Of a stretch of DNA of 64,000 nt, positions 23,654 to 37,182 are shown piece by piece; position 1 is the stretch's first letter; each line of letters begins with the position of its first letter. Below the pieces are notes generated by a model. The model was not told the DNA's origin, ran no database searches, and saw only the letters and a program-made list of their open reading frames with translations. The translations under genes and the position numbers were made by a program. Origin of the DNA: Eledone cirrhosa (Eukaryota); assembly GCA_964016885.1 (NCBI GenBank), contig OZ024755.1:34162001-34226000 (forward strand), read 5' to 3'.

Positions 23654-24144
23654 ATAGAAATAAAAATGATATCGACACAGAAAAGATGCAATGCTCAGAC
23701 AAATTACAGAGGTGACAAAAATAGATGAACTCAAACCAAAATTAAAGAGTAAACATGAATGGAATAGCAACATCACAACTAGTAATTAAAGACGTATTAA
23801 AGACACAAAAACCAAACTAATAAAACAAATCAGACACAAATGAATAGAACAAACAACCAACTAGTAATAAGTAAATAAACACCATAAATAAATAAAACAC
23901 CCACACAGATACACTCAGATGTGCAAACCAAACACAACACAAAAAAACAAGATGGTGTAGGACAGAACAAAGGAGAGACACAAAATAAAAACTCAGTCAC
24001 TGAAGAGGTCACAGAATCTGTGACGAAAGCGTTTTGACAATATATAAACAACCATCAGTTATCGAACCAAACAACTGGAAATTTATAATAAATTGAAATG
24101 AAAACCAACAGGTGTGTGTTTTTATAGGCAGCATGACCCTCCCA
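23654..24144 (+). mobile_element. Penelope-like element 3' remnant (GIY-YIG endonuclease C-terminus, A/C-rich UTR, hammerhead)
   Basis: 23654-23788 reads IEIKMIS/RHRKDAMLRQITEVTKIDELKPKLKSKHEWNSN*, homologous to the peptide at 36105-36314, followed by a hammerhead at 23996. Confidence 0.7.
23996..24038 (+). ncRNA. minimal type I hammerhead ribozyme motif
   Basis: GUCA-CUGAAGA-G-GUCACAG-AAU-CUGUGAC-GAAA-GCGU-UU/UGAC: stem I 4 bp, stem II 7 bp, stem III AGCGUU self-complementary with G-U pairs. Confidence 0.8.
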
Positions 24145-24584
24145 CATCATCATCATCATTTCATTTTACGTCCGCTTTTCCCTGCTTGCAAGGGTGGGAC
24201 GGGAACTGGTTCTGGCTTGATTTCTACAGCTGGATGCCCTTCCTAACACCAACCTCATTTACAGTGAGTGCTGGGTGCTTTTTTGCCATGGCACCTCCAC
24301 GACCACTTTGCAGTGGAATGATAGGGACCCCAGTCGCTATCATCTCATTTCTACAGCTAAGTAAACTGGAGCAATGTGAAATAAAGTGTCTTGCTCAAGG
24401 AAACAACACATCAGCCAGTCTGAGAATTGAACCCACAACCTTTCGATTGCAAGGCCAATGCTCTAACCACTAAGCCATGTGCCTCCATCAGTATAACAAT
24501 ATATGTTTCAGATAAGAAATTGTGCAAAACAAATTCAAAAACGAAGTATTTTTACATATTTATGGATGTCTATATAAAGATAGT

Positions 24585-24812
24585 CAACAGAACTGCTGGA
24601 CAGGTTTTACAGGCAAAACCAACCGGCGGGAGATCCAGGGGTAGACACTGAGTAAGAAGGTTGGATAACATCCATGAGCTTGGCTAGTCTCGCTTGGGGA
24701 TCCAGCCAGATCAGTTGGAGTTGGTTGCTTCTGATAGGTCCCACTGTAAGAAGTGTTTGAAGATTCTATCCCCCACGACCCTTTCAGGAATAAGTGGGTG
24801 AAGAAGAAGACT
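24585..24812 (+). pseudogene. RTE LINE 3' end fragment
   Basis: RTAGQVLQAKPTGGRSRGR..., with a (GAA)n tail; homologous to 29390-29563 and 61920-62140 (-). Confidence 0.75.
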
Positions 24813-26894
24813 ATTTTTATTTTGGCTATAAATATTTCTCTATTTAGCTACATACACAGTGCTGGATTTACCACTGTACTTAGGTGTGCTTAAGCAAGGG
24901 CCCCATTGGACGGGTGTGTGGCATCTTCCTGCTCCAAAATATTTTACCTCCTTCAGAGCCCAAGGGAAGGGTATTGCACCTGAGAAACCATGCCAAAGGT
25001 TTGAGAGGACTCTTACTTGTTTCAAGGATATGATAACCTACTTAGTATTTGTGCGACAATGAAATGCACCTAATATACTCTGTAAGGTGGTTGGTATGTA
25101 TTAGGAAAGGCTACGTCCCTTTACAGTCTGAGTTCAAATCCCGCCGAGGTTAACTTTGCCTTTCATCCTTACGGGGGTCGATAAAATAAAGTACCAGTAA
25201 TGTACTGGGTGATTGCTGGCCTTGTGCCTAAAGTAGAAACAATTAATTCTATACAAGCAGTGGCGGTGGATTGGCAGTATCGGTAGAGGGTCGGACGCCA
25301 TGCTTTACAGCAAAGATTTATGGCCCTTTATGGTCTGAGTTCAAATCCCGCCAAGGTTAACTTTGCCTTTCATCCTTACAGGGTTGATAAAATAAAGTAC
25401 CAGTAATGCACTGGGATAATTGCTGGCCTTGTGCCAAAGTAGAAACAATTATTCTACACTAAATACCAATGGATTGTGTTTCCTTAATATGCACTTTTAT
25501 CCTCCATACAGAATCTACAACAAACTTATGTATTCAGAAATTTAAATGAATTTACTGTCATAATGTCAGCTTTTTCATATACTTGTCTTCCATATCAGTA
25601 TCGTAACAACAAAGGTCATACCATGTACCTAATACCACCTATGTAAATGCCAACTAATATTTGTTAACCAGTGGACATAATTTTAGAAAACTTATACTGG
25701 CAAACAGTATGAATAGCCTTTTCTCCTCATCCTCTTTCAGCATCTTTGTAAACTTATTTGCATTATAAACAGTATTACTTACTTCCGAGTCTAAGGTTAC
25801 TTTCTAATGGATTTACTTCATTACAATTTCATACCAATGTCTCAAAGATTTTCAATCGTTTGACAGTCTTTAAGGAAACCAGAATGAGGTCAAATCAATA
25901 AATCTATCAAAGGATGAAGAAAAAAGTATGGCAAGTTTAAAGTGAACAATAATTGCCTTGTTCAGTTGTTATTACAGTCAGTCAAGCACTACTGGTGCTC
26001 TTTGTTGGCTTTTTTCTTCTTTTTATTGCCCTTCTTCTTCTTCTAAAACTTCTTATTTATTAGGTTTATTATTACTGTTACTGTTGTTATTATTTTATAT
26101 TGTAACCTATCCCTGTCATGTCTCCTCATCCTTGTACCTTTGTCATAATAAAAAAATATTTATTATCATCATCAATATCATTGTATTACTATTATTATTA
26201 TTATTACTATTATTATTATTATTATTACTATTATTATTATTATATCATTATCACTATTACTATTATTATTATATCATTATTATTATTATTATTATGGCCA
26301 TTATTGTTGATAGTGTTTATTATTGTTTTTTTGGGGGGTTGCTTTTTTTTTTATTTATTGGCTAGCATTTACTTCTTATTGATTATTGTTTATCGATTAT
26401 TGATAACTCATTTAAGTTGAACACATTATACATTCACGGAATGCCATTTCAAAGATCACAGAAAGAAACACTGCAGATTAAACAGAACAAGGTCTGAAAT
26501 AAAATGTTTCCCCTCTGCAACTAAAGGCTTGGTTACTAGCGCTTCAGCTGTTTGACTTTTTGACCCACAAATTATCACTTGTACTATGACACTACCAATT
26601 TATATTCACCTACCTCCAAAACAAATGGCCTTTGCTTGAACAATTTTGCTGGCCTTTTATCATGACAGATTAATTAATACAATAATGGGTGATTTTTATT
26701 GCATACTTCAGCAAATACCTTTAAAATTAGGGTTTGAATTTGGGTGTTGAATTGTCATTACAACTATTAGTGATTTATTTAATTTAAAGAATGATTAATG
26801 ACAATAATTTTTTTTTAAATTCCATATGGTGTTATAAAGTCAGACAGATTTTGTAAAATACTCACTATTACTGGCAGTCGATATTGCAAAACAT

Positions 26895-27665
26895 GACAAA
26901 AGAACCCAGCCCAAGCTATAAGGTGGTCATGTAGGTGTCACATCAGAAAGCACCCAGTCTACAAACTGTAAAGTGGTCATGTAGGTGTCATGACAAAAAG
27001 CACCCAGTCTAGACACTGTAAAGTGGTCATGTAGGTGTCACGACAAAAAGCACCCAGTGCTCACTGTAAAGTAGTTGTGTAGGTGTCATGACAAAAAGCA
27101 CCCAGTACTCACTGTAAAGTGGTCATGTAGGTGTCATGACAAAAAGCACCCAGTGCTCACTGTAAAGTAGTTGTGTAGGTGTCATGACAAAAAGCACCCA
27201 GTACTCACTGTAAAGTGGTCATGTAGGTGTCACGACAAAAAGCACCCAGTACTCACTGTAAAGTGGTCATGTAGGTGTCACGACAAAAAGCACCCAGTGC
27301 TCACTGTAAAGTGGTCATGTAGGTGTCATGACAAAAAGCACCCAGTGCTTACTGTAAAGTAGTTGTGTATGAGTCACAACAAAAAGCACCCAGTACACAC
27401 TATAAAGTGGTTATGTAGGTATCACAACCAAAAGCACCTAGTCCACACTGTAAAGTGGTCATGTATGAGTCATGACAAAAAGCACCCATACACACTGTAA
27501 ATGTGGTTGGTGTTAGGAAGGGCATCCCGCCATAGAAACCAAGCCAAAATCAGTTGTGTGTGAGTGAAACACGTCATCTGATCTGATTTCTAACAAAGGA
27601 GCAGCCTACCCTACCCATTCTAGCGTGGAAAATGGACATTAAATTATGATGATGATGATGATGAT
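26895..27665 (+). repeat. 48-bp tandem array (about 12 copies) expanded inside a SINE/RTE-tail element
   Basis: CACCCAG recurs at 27051, 27099, 27147, 27195, 27243...; followed by GGTGTTAGGAAGGGCATCC and a (GAT)n tail. A shorter array lies at about 42040-42280 (-). Confidence 0.9.
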
Positions 27666-28943
27666 GAACTTCATAAAGCTAGAAACTGCAAGTGTGTGTA
27701 AAAGTGTTAGGCAGGCAAGATTAGTCAGCAGATCAAAGAAGGATGCCAGCATTGTTGAATTGTCAAAAAAGTTCACTTCCCAAATATGTACAGCATCTTC
27801 AGGATGTCGACAAACCCTAAGATTGGTCAACTAAATTCTTAAGAGTAAAAGTTTGAAGACAAAAACTGTATGGAATTCTATTGGAGGGATTATTTCTGTT
27901 CAGGGTGGGGGGATGTCAAACTAAATCCTTCCCTTTGTTTATTGCCACTACCTGGCCCATGGGTGGCTAGAAAGACAAGTAAGCCTAAAACTAACACCAT
28001 TACTGAGGTTCCCTCTAGCTGTAGATTGGAAATAACTGGGTAGTAGACTACCTTTACCTTTGTAACATAGATGTCTTCCAGGTTTTGACATAGACAAGGT
28101 TTGATGATTGAGGATAATAAAAATACTTATTTCATTAACTGAAATAAACTGGAATGTATAGATTCATTTGTTGGCCTTTATAATATTTTAGCCTATAATA
28201 TTCTGCACCACCATCATCACCACCAACACCACCACCATCACCACCACCACCATCATCACCAACACCAACATCATCATCACCACCACGACCGCCGCCGCCG
28301 CCACCACCACCACCACCACCATCACCATCATCATCATAAATGTAATCTATCGGTAAGCTGGGCCTACAACATGATTCCTTTTAGCAGAATCTATATGAAG
28401 GGATTCAGCAGGTACATCAGTGTGAGGCCCCAAAAAATCCAAGAAGAGAACCATAAATATCTGATACAGTTTCCAAAACTCTTAAAAACTTCTCGACCTA
28501 TTTGAATTTTTATAGCAGTTCTTCTTGGGACCCCAAAGTAGTTTTGTTCCATTTTACAAATCTTCTCTCAGAATCCATGCCTAATTGTAGCTGCATCACT
28601 TCACATATAACACCAATGATATTCAGAAAAACTTAAATGTTATGCAAAATCTACTTTCCCTGGTTTACAGTTATATTTGAAATTTTTATCATCATTCTAC
28701 ATTCCCTTACATCTCTCTCTTCACCACCGGATTCTGTTACCTGGAGATTTACCCATCTGCATTGTTGAGGCTTCTAAATCAACCAAAAGAAATAAATCTT
28801 ATTATTCCACAATGCTTCAAGCAAACTTCAATACTCTTTTATCATCAATTTCAATCACAAACACCTTTCTAACAATAGTTTAGAAATGTAGGAACACAGT
28901 TATAAACTTCAATAAATTTATTACTTCTGAACAATTCACAACT

Positions 28944-29563
28944 CCGATACTATGGCATTGTGGTTAGAATGTCTCAGGAAAGAATCACTGGAGAGTCACA
29001 CCAGGAAGAGCCGCTATTTCTCCAAACAGAGATCACAGCTCTGATACTATGGACAGGTGGTTAGAATGTCTCAGGAAAGAATCACTGGAGAGTCACACCA
29101 GGAAGAGCCGCTATTTCTCCAAACTGAGAGATCACAGCTCTGATACTATGGACAGGTGGTTAGAATGTCTCGGGAAAGAATCACTGGAGAGTCACTCCAG
29201 GTAGAGCTGCTACTTCTCCGAATTGAGAGATCACAGCTCTGATACTATGGGCAATGTGGTTAGAATGTCTCAGGAAAGAATCACTGAAGAGTCACTCCAG
29301 GTAGAGCTGCTACTTCTCCGAATTGAGAGATCACAGCTCTGATACTATGGCAATGTGGTTAGAATGTTTCAGGAAAGAATCACTGGAATGATTTTATGGG
29401 CAAAACAAACTGGCAAGACATCCAGGGGTAGACCCTGAGCAAGATGGTTGGATAACATCCATGAGCTTGGTTGGTCTCGCTTGTGGATCCAGCTGGAGAT
29501 GGTTGCTTCTGACAGGACCCACTGGAAGGAGTGTTTGAAGACTCTTCCCCAACAACCCTCTCA
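28944..29563 (+). repeat. about 99-bp tandem array from RTE coding sequence plus LINE 3' end
   Basis: GTGGTTAGAATG at 28960, 29057, 29156, 29256 and 29355; same source segment as the 123-bp array. Confidence 0.9.
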
Positions 29564-30387
29564 AGAAGAAGAAGAAGAAGAAGAAAAAGAAAAAGAAGAA
29601 GAAGAAGGAGGAGGAGAAGAAGAAGGAGGAGGAGAAGGAGGAGGAGAAGAAGGAGGAGGAGAAGAAGAAGGAGAAGAAGGAGGAGGAGGAGGAGAAGATG
29701 GAGGAGGAGGAGAAGATGGAGGAGGAGGAGAAGATGGAGGAGGAGGAGAAGAAGAAGAAGGAGGAGGAGGAGAAGGAGGAGGAGGAGAAGAAGAAGGAGG
29801 AGGAGAAGAAGAAGGAGGAGGAGAAGAAGGAGGAGGAGGAGAAGAAGAAGGAGGAGGAGAAGAAGAAGGAGGAGGAGAAGAAGGAGGAGGAGGAGAAGAA
29901 GGAGGAGGAGAAGAAGGAGGAGGAGGAGAAGAAGGAGGAGGAGAAGATGGAGGAGGAGGAGATGGAGGAGAAGAAGAAGAAGGAGGAGAAGGAGGAGGAG
30001 GAGAAGAAGGAGGAGGAGAAGAAGATGGAGGAGGAGAAGAAGGAGGAGGAGAAGAAGGAGGAGGAGAAGATGGAGGAGGAGAAGATGGAGGAGGAGAAGA
30101 TGGAGGAGGAGGAGAAGAAGAAGGAGGAGGAGAAGAAGGAGGAGGAGGAGAAGAAGGAGGAGGAGAAGAAGGAGGAGGAGGAGAAGAAGGAGGAGGAGAA
30201 GATGGAGGAGGAGGAGATGGAGGAGAAGAAGAAGAAGGAGGAGAAGGATGAGGAGGAGAAGAAGGAGGAGGAGAAGAAGATGGAGGAGGAGAAGAAGGAG
30301 GAGGAGAAGAAGGAGGAGGAGAAGATGGAGGAGGAGAAGATGGAGGAGGAGAAGATGGAGGAGGAGGAGAAGAAGAAGAAGAAGGAG
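29564..30387. repeat. (GAA/GGA)n triplet expansion of a LINE tail
   Basis: Begins directly after the LINE 3' end; source of the poly-E/G/R/K/L/P ORFs. Confidence 0.95.
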
Positions 30388-30832
30388 ACGTCTGAACAAT
30401 CAGAGAAAGAGCATGGTTACCAGAGTATAAGAGGCCACCAAATACTCTGTGTTTGGGAAATACTGAAATTTTAATTTTCATAAACATAGTGTTTCCCAAA
30501 TTAAGGGTTTTTTTTTATGTATTAATTGCAATACAGTTGACAGGGGAGAAGGTATTATCTTTGTACTGATGTATGACTGTCAACTGAGCACAGATTACCA
30601 ATTCTTGTGAAGTTAAACTACTTAAGCTTTGGTTCTGCATGGAATGGCATTACTCTATATAATAGTATGAGATTATTTGTTGATGCATGATAATGTTGAT
30701 GTGCTAATGGACAGTATGAACATAGGTTTATGTGACAGGGATATGCTATAGCAGTATAGATAACTTCTGTTTACTGTCCACTGTTATCTGTCTACCTACC
30801 TATCTGTCTAGCTAGATATCTAGCTACCAACT

Positions 30833-31618
30833 TTAGCCCTTTACTATTTACATTACTCTATATATACTACTGTATTTTCATGGTAAAGGCTTTACCTCAC
30901 ATAATATCTTACATAACATTTACATTACTCTATATATACTATTGTATTTTCATGGTAAAGGCTTTACCTCACATAATATCTCATAACATTTACATTACTC
31001 TATATATACTACTGTATTTTCATGGTAAAGGCTTTACCTCACATAATATCTCACATAACATTTACATTACTCTATATATACTACTGTATTTTCATGGTAA
31101 AGGCTTTACCTCACATAATATCTCATAAGATTTACATTACTCTATATATACTACTGTATTTTCATGGTAAAGGCTTTACCTCACATAATATCTCATAACA
31201 TTTACATTACTCTATATATACTACTGTATTTTCATGGTAAAGGCTTTACCTCACATAATATCTCATAACATTTACATTACTCTATATATACTACTGTATT
31301 TTCATGGTAAAGGCTTTACCTCACATAATATCTTACATAACATTTACGTTACTCTATATATACTACTGTATTTTCATGGTAAAGGCTTTACCTCACATAA
31401 TATCTCACATAACATTTACATTACTCTTATATACTACTGTATTTTCATGGTAAAGGCTTTACCTCACATAATTTATTGAATCTATGAGATTTTGATATTA
31501 TTTATTTTGAGAATAACCCCTTAACATCAGTATGAGTGACCAGTTATGGCCAGTTTTGAACAGAAAGAGGTGATAGAATTCTGGCTGGATATGGCCGGCT
31601 TGAATGCTAAAGGATTAA
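30833..31618 (+). mobile_element. piggyBac-type MITE with about 9 internal 70-72-bp tandem units
   Basis: Same structure as 2114-2734. Confidence 0.85.
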
Positions 31619-34600
31619 ACATTTTAACAGGAGTTGTGATGAGATCACTGTGTTGTGACTTTCAGATCAAAATAGGAAAAACACATTTTCATAATTTAAC
31701 CCTTTAACATTTACATTACTCTATATATACTATTGCATTGCCACAGTAAAGACTTTACCTCACATAATTATCTCACATGATATCGAATCTATGAAATTTT
31801 ATTATTATTTATTTTGAGAACAATACCTTAACATCAGTATGTGTGGCCAGTTACAGCCACTTTGAACAGGAAGAGGGGGGAGAGTTCTGGCTGGATACAG
31901 CCGGTTTAAATGCTAAAGAGTTTAAAATGTTTTCTAGACTCCTAAATAATATTTCCAGTTTTTTAAATTCCTAAGGTTTGTCATACATACAAAATAATTG
32001 TTTCTACTTTTGGTACAGGCCCAGGAGGGGAGGGGAAACTCAATTAAATCGACCTTAGTGCATACTGCTAATTTATTTTATTGACCCCATAAGGATGAAA
32101 AGCACCCTCGGGGGACCCTCACTTTGACAGGTCTGATCTACATGATAAACGCACCCAGTACCCTCTGTAAAAGGATTGGATGCTGCTAAATATTGTCTTC
32201 AGCTGTAACAAGAACATGACCATTTCACTAGTGTTGATGCCACCTTATTGAGTGCGCGGTCATGTGTTTGGAAGCTGACCCACCTGGTGATCAATGGCTT
32301 CACTTGTACATTGAGCATTCTTTAACAACACATCCAACCCTTGCTAGAAAGGAAAATTGACACTAAACGATGATGATGATGATGATGATGATGATATATA
32401 TACATACATTTGCACTTTTGTTTTTATACAGCTAACTATGTATTTATATATTTACATATTTATCTAGCTGTCAACCATTCTCACTTTGTTTGGCTACCTA
32501 CAGATAGAGCTATTTGTCCATCTATGATATATATCATTTCTATGTATATAATTTCTCTAAACATCAGATGCATTTTATCAAATGATATTTATTTATATGC
32601 TAAAGATATGTCACCAATATATCACTCGCTGATGCATAAATTTTGTAAATGACTCCCTACTGTATAAACACTCATTTAGATATCCTTTTATTATGCAATT
32701 TCCTTCCATATTTTGTTACCTTATTAGTCAGTATTTCCCCGTTTCCACCATATGATTCTGAAATGCCTTTGAATTAATAAGTGTCGCTAGAAATGATTTT
32801 AGTCAGCAGTTCCAAACTAATGGAATCTGACAATATCTGATTCTCAATAGTAAGTATCAGAGCTTATTTAATTTCTGTTTAAATTTCTTTTTGTTTTTAT
32901 CTATGCTTTTTTTCTAGAAAGAATCGAATATAATATAATTTAGAAAGACTTAAATATAGTTTGAATTTCAGCAAGGGAGCTATTTAGGAAGTGAACCATC
33001 CCAAATACTTTTGTCATTGATCAATATTTCAGCAGATGGTAGATTATTTTGAACCATTCCAATATGAATCATAGCATCATCAATATCTTTTTATGTCCAT
33101 TTTAACCATATTGGCATTGCTTGCATGGCAGTATTTTAACACTAGCGGCAGTCCTTTATCATACAAACTAAACCAGAATAAAAAGCCACACATTTTTGGT
33201 GTCGATGTTGTGTGATTTTGGCATACATTTTTTAAAATTTTCTGTTGGATGTACTTCAGACTGTCAACTCAGATCGTAGGCAGCACGTCTGATGAAGGAG
33301 CCCTGTGAGGTGGGGTGGCTGCTATAGTGGGTATTGCGGGAATTTTTCTGTGGTCTTGTCCTCGGGACGCAGCCCTTCTACCCCCACACCTAAGGCCCAG
33401 AGCCCAATCATTCTCCCCATTCCCCCTCCCCATTCTTTTATGACAGTAGAGTCCTTGCCATTCCCTCCTCTTCTCGTTTTTTTTCATCTTTTTCCTATTT
33501 TACATTCCCTTCTTCTCAATCTAAATTTTCTTTTTTACTATTTCTATTAAACTGTATTTACATGATATATTCCAGAAATAAAATTGTTTATAATTTCAGC
33601 AATTAAATCATGCTTTCGAAATATAATAAAAGTGACCTATGGTAAAATGCCAAATCTGGACTTTAACCCTTTCATTACCAAACCTGGCTTTGGTTTTATG
33701 AAACATTATTTCCTGTTCCTGGATTACAAACGCATATCCTTCAAAGTGAAAGCTAATATACCAATTGTTGGTCCAAGATAGACTGGTTTACTTTTCTATA
33801 TAACTCTCACTTTGAAGTTTTCAAGCAACATATCCATGCATGACTTTTTGCTGATATGCTGGCAGCTATTCTTCCATGGAAACATTGTGGTATGGCTGTG
33901 CACTTTCTTTGGGTGTGAGATTTTGGTTATCATGCAGGGAGTATTTCTCAAGAAGCTCCTTCTCAACTCTCCTGACTTGCATGCATGTGTCTGTGTATGT
34001 ATGTATTTATGTATATGTCAGGAGGTCACTCTTCAGCACTACTGGTAACATGTAACTCAGTATAACCTGTGCATGGTCAGTTTGTCAGTGGCTAAACTGG
34101 CAACCACCCCAAGCTTACTTGGTGGGGAGAGTGATTTTGGACACTTTGCAGAAGGAAAAACAAGACCTGACATAGGGCTGAGGAACTCAGGACAGTCAAT
34201 GGCAATTCAATAAAGGCTTTTTTTCATAGAGTGAGAGAATCCTAGTCTTCATTAAGAAATCTCTCTAGGAGAAGGTCACTCTGATATAAACACTGTGACT
34301 TTGTTTCCATCCAATAATGTAAACCAGTTTTACCTTTTGAGTAATTGCATTCGATGTTCAGAGAGTGGGATTGGCCCTGTGCAAAGCCTTTCCTCAATTA
34401 AAACAGCTTCAAGCACAGGATTGCTTCAAGCACAGGATTGTTTGTGATGTATGGTATTGCTGACCATAGCTAAGTCCCTAGCAGAGCTATAAAGCTACAT
34501 CTGTGATGCTTATGTATCTAGTGATGGCATTACTCGAAATCGAAGCCATTATGTATTTATGCATGATGTATGTATGAATGAATGCATGCATGGAAGCTTG

Positions 34601-36032
34601 TATGTCTGAAAGTATGTATGTAAGCACTACAGATGGGTTTTTGAACTTGTTTCTTTTATATTATAAAGCAATAGATTTTAAGATTTCATTCAAAGCACTG
34701 CCTTTAATTTCATTTAAACCACATTTGATAAAAAGCTGGGAAAAGCATTTGGTTTTGTTTTAATCAAAATATGAAGACAAAATTATGAATGTCAATGACA
34801 ACCATCTCAGAAAATTAATTGCAAGTGAGAATTATCAAACATCTTAACTAAGACATATCTTTAAAGTGTTCCAAATAACTATATTGGCATAATAATTACA
34901 AACACAAATAATTGTCCCCATGAAACTCAGATTTAAGATTCTTACTGATTCAAGTACTTGTACCAGTTGATACTACTTAATCCATTTGCAGTAATGAGAA
35001 AATAATGATTTCTGCTTCAGTTGCTCAATATATTATTATATGCAGTGTGATACTTTTATATGCCTGGCTTGAATGTCTTTACGAGGGAAATATTGTCATT
35101 AATCTAAGAAATATAGTGTGTTTCAAGAAATACGTTAGCAGAGAAATGGTTGACTCATTTGTTTCCCTATAGTATATAAACTGGCCATATCCGGCCAGAA
35201 TTCTCTCACCTCTTTCTGCTCAAAAACTGGCTGTAACCGGCCACTCATGTTGATGTTAAGGTATTGTTCTCAAAATAAATAATATCAAAATCCCATAGAT
35301 TCAATATCATGTGAGATAAAGCCTGTATTGTGAAAATACAATAGTATATATGAAGTAATGTAAATGATAAAAGGTTGAAGTACTCAAAAGTCTCTCACCT
35401 CTTTCTGTTTGTACCAGCTATAACTTTAAGGTATTGTTCTCAAAATGAATAATAACAAACTCTCATAGATTCGATATTATGGGAGATAAAACCTTTACCA
35501 TGAAAATACAATAGTAAATATAGAGTAATGTAAATGCTAAAGGGTTAAATCGGCCATATCTGGCCAGGATTCTTTCACCTCTTTCTGTTTCAACCAGCCA
35601 TAACTGGCTCTTCATACTGATGTTAAGGTATTGTTCTCAAAATAAATAATATCAAAATCTCATAGATTCGATATCATGTGAGATAATTAATTATATGAGG
35701 TAAAGCCTTTACTGTGAAAATACTATAGTACATATAGAGTAATGAAATGCTAAAGGGTTAAAGCAGAAGCAACAAAAGTGAGTGTAATTCTAGAGAAACA
35801 TACAGACATATGAATTTAACCCTTTAGCATTTACATTACTCTATATTTACTATAATATTTTAACAGTAAAAGCTTTACCTCACATAATTATCTCACATGA
35901 TATCGAATCTATGAGATTTTGAAATTATTTATTTTGAGAACAATACCTTAACATCAGTATGAGCAGCCAGTTTGAACAGAAAGAGGTGACAGAATTCTGG
36001 CTAGATACAACCAGTGATACATATATATATAA

Positions 36033-36330
36033 TCATTTCTATGTTTAGATATTATTCTAATTTCTATGTTACCGTCGTGTTGTTGTCTGGCATGTTCGTA
36101 TAGTACTGTACTATACGAACATGCCAGACAACAACACGACGGTAACATAGACAACATAGAAATTAGAATAATATCTAAACATAGAAATGACCCAGCAGAT
36201 AGGCAAATCAGAGAGGCCAGTGAAATAGAACTTAGAAGGCCAAGGCTAAACAGAAAGAATGAATGGAATAACAACAACACCCAAACAAACAACACTGACC
36301 TAAGAGAAGTATAAATAAATAAATACATAC
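36033..36330 (+). mobile_element. Penelope-like element, left part: 5' fold-back inversion and GIY-YIG C-terminus
   Basis: 36033-36190 is a palindrome. The right arm onwards reads VLYEHARQQHDGNIDNIEIRIISKHRNDPADRQIREASEIELRRPRLNRKNEW, a Penelope EN C-terminal pattern (H..H, R..E..I...P.LN..E). Confidence 0.7.
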
Positions 36331-37014
36331 AAATCATGTAAACGTAAGGTACAGACTTCATCTCTCTCTCCTCTCTCTCTCTCATTTCGTATTTCAAGTC
36401 CAAATAGCCATTCTATCGCTAAAACAAACTACATTTTCTGTTCCTATTAAGTGCTAAATACGTTTAGGTTTTTGGACGTATTTAACTGAACAAATTTTGT
36501 ATTTTTGTTAATCGCTTGTTAAATGCATAGACCTATCTCAATCATTACCTTCTTGCTAGCTATTTTCAAACCTTAATTCCTAACGTATTTTCAAACCCCA
36601 AAAAAAGCAAAATCCTTTCCTTCTTCCTTCTTCGAAGGCACGGGGCGGTCAAACGCCTAACACCCACAGCCATCATGTGGCCCCCTACCCTCGCACTCTC
36701 TCTCTCTCTCTCTCTCTCCCTATAAATATATGATAGGAATTCACTTCGCCAAATTTCATTTCTTTGCCTGCTGTCCGAACGAAAATCATGTAAACGTAAG
36801 GTACAGACTTCATCTCTCTCTCCTCTCTCTCTCTCATTTCGTATTTCAAGTCCAAATAGCCATTCTATCGCTAAAACAAACTACATTTTCTGTTCCTATT
36901 AAGTGCTAAATACGTTTAGGTTTTTGGACGTATTTAACTGAACAAATTTTGTATTTTTGTTAATCGCTTGTTAAATGCATAGACCTATCTCAATCATTAC
37001 CTTCTTGCTAGCTA
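36331..37014 (+). repeat. 232-bp direct repeat in the LINE 5' region (36331-36562 and 36783-37014)
   Basis: The copies look identical by eye from AAATCATGTAAACGTAAGG to CTTCTTGCTAGCTA; period 452. Confidence 0.92.
36721..36728 (+). promoter_or_regulatory. candidate TATA box within the LINE 5' monomer
   Basis: CCCTATAAATA after a GC-box-like GGGGCGG (36642) and a (CT)n tract, with Inr-like TCACTT and TCATTT downstream at non-ideal spacing. Confidence 0.3.
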
Positions 37015-37182
37015 CCCAACATCCCTCCCTCCCACCCCCACACACCACCATTGCTATTACGTGGACCAATCATAAAACAGCCCCCACGTATCACCAGTAT
37101 TATTACGCGGACCAATCAGAAACCAGAGGCCTATACTATCGCTTGCCTGGTTGCCTTTCGATATACGATATATGATGGATGG

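Noticed and set aside
29380-30499. Long poly-E/G, poly-R, poly-L and poly-P ORFs
   Set aside because: Translations of a (GAA/GGA)n expansion of a LINE tail.
33285-33310. CUGAUGA motif (also at 14819, 50468-50520 minus, 61366 and 62517)
   Set aside because: No downstream GAAA-stem III architecture; expected by chance.
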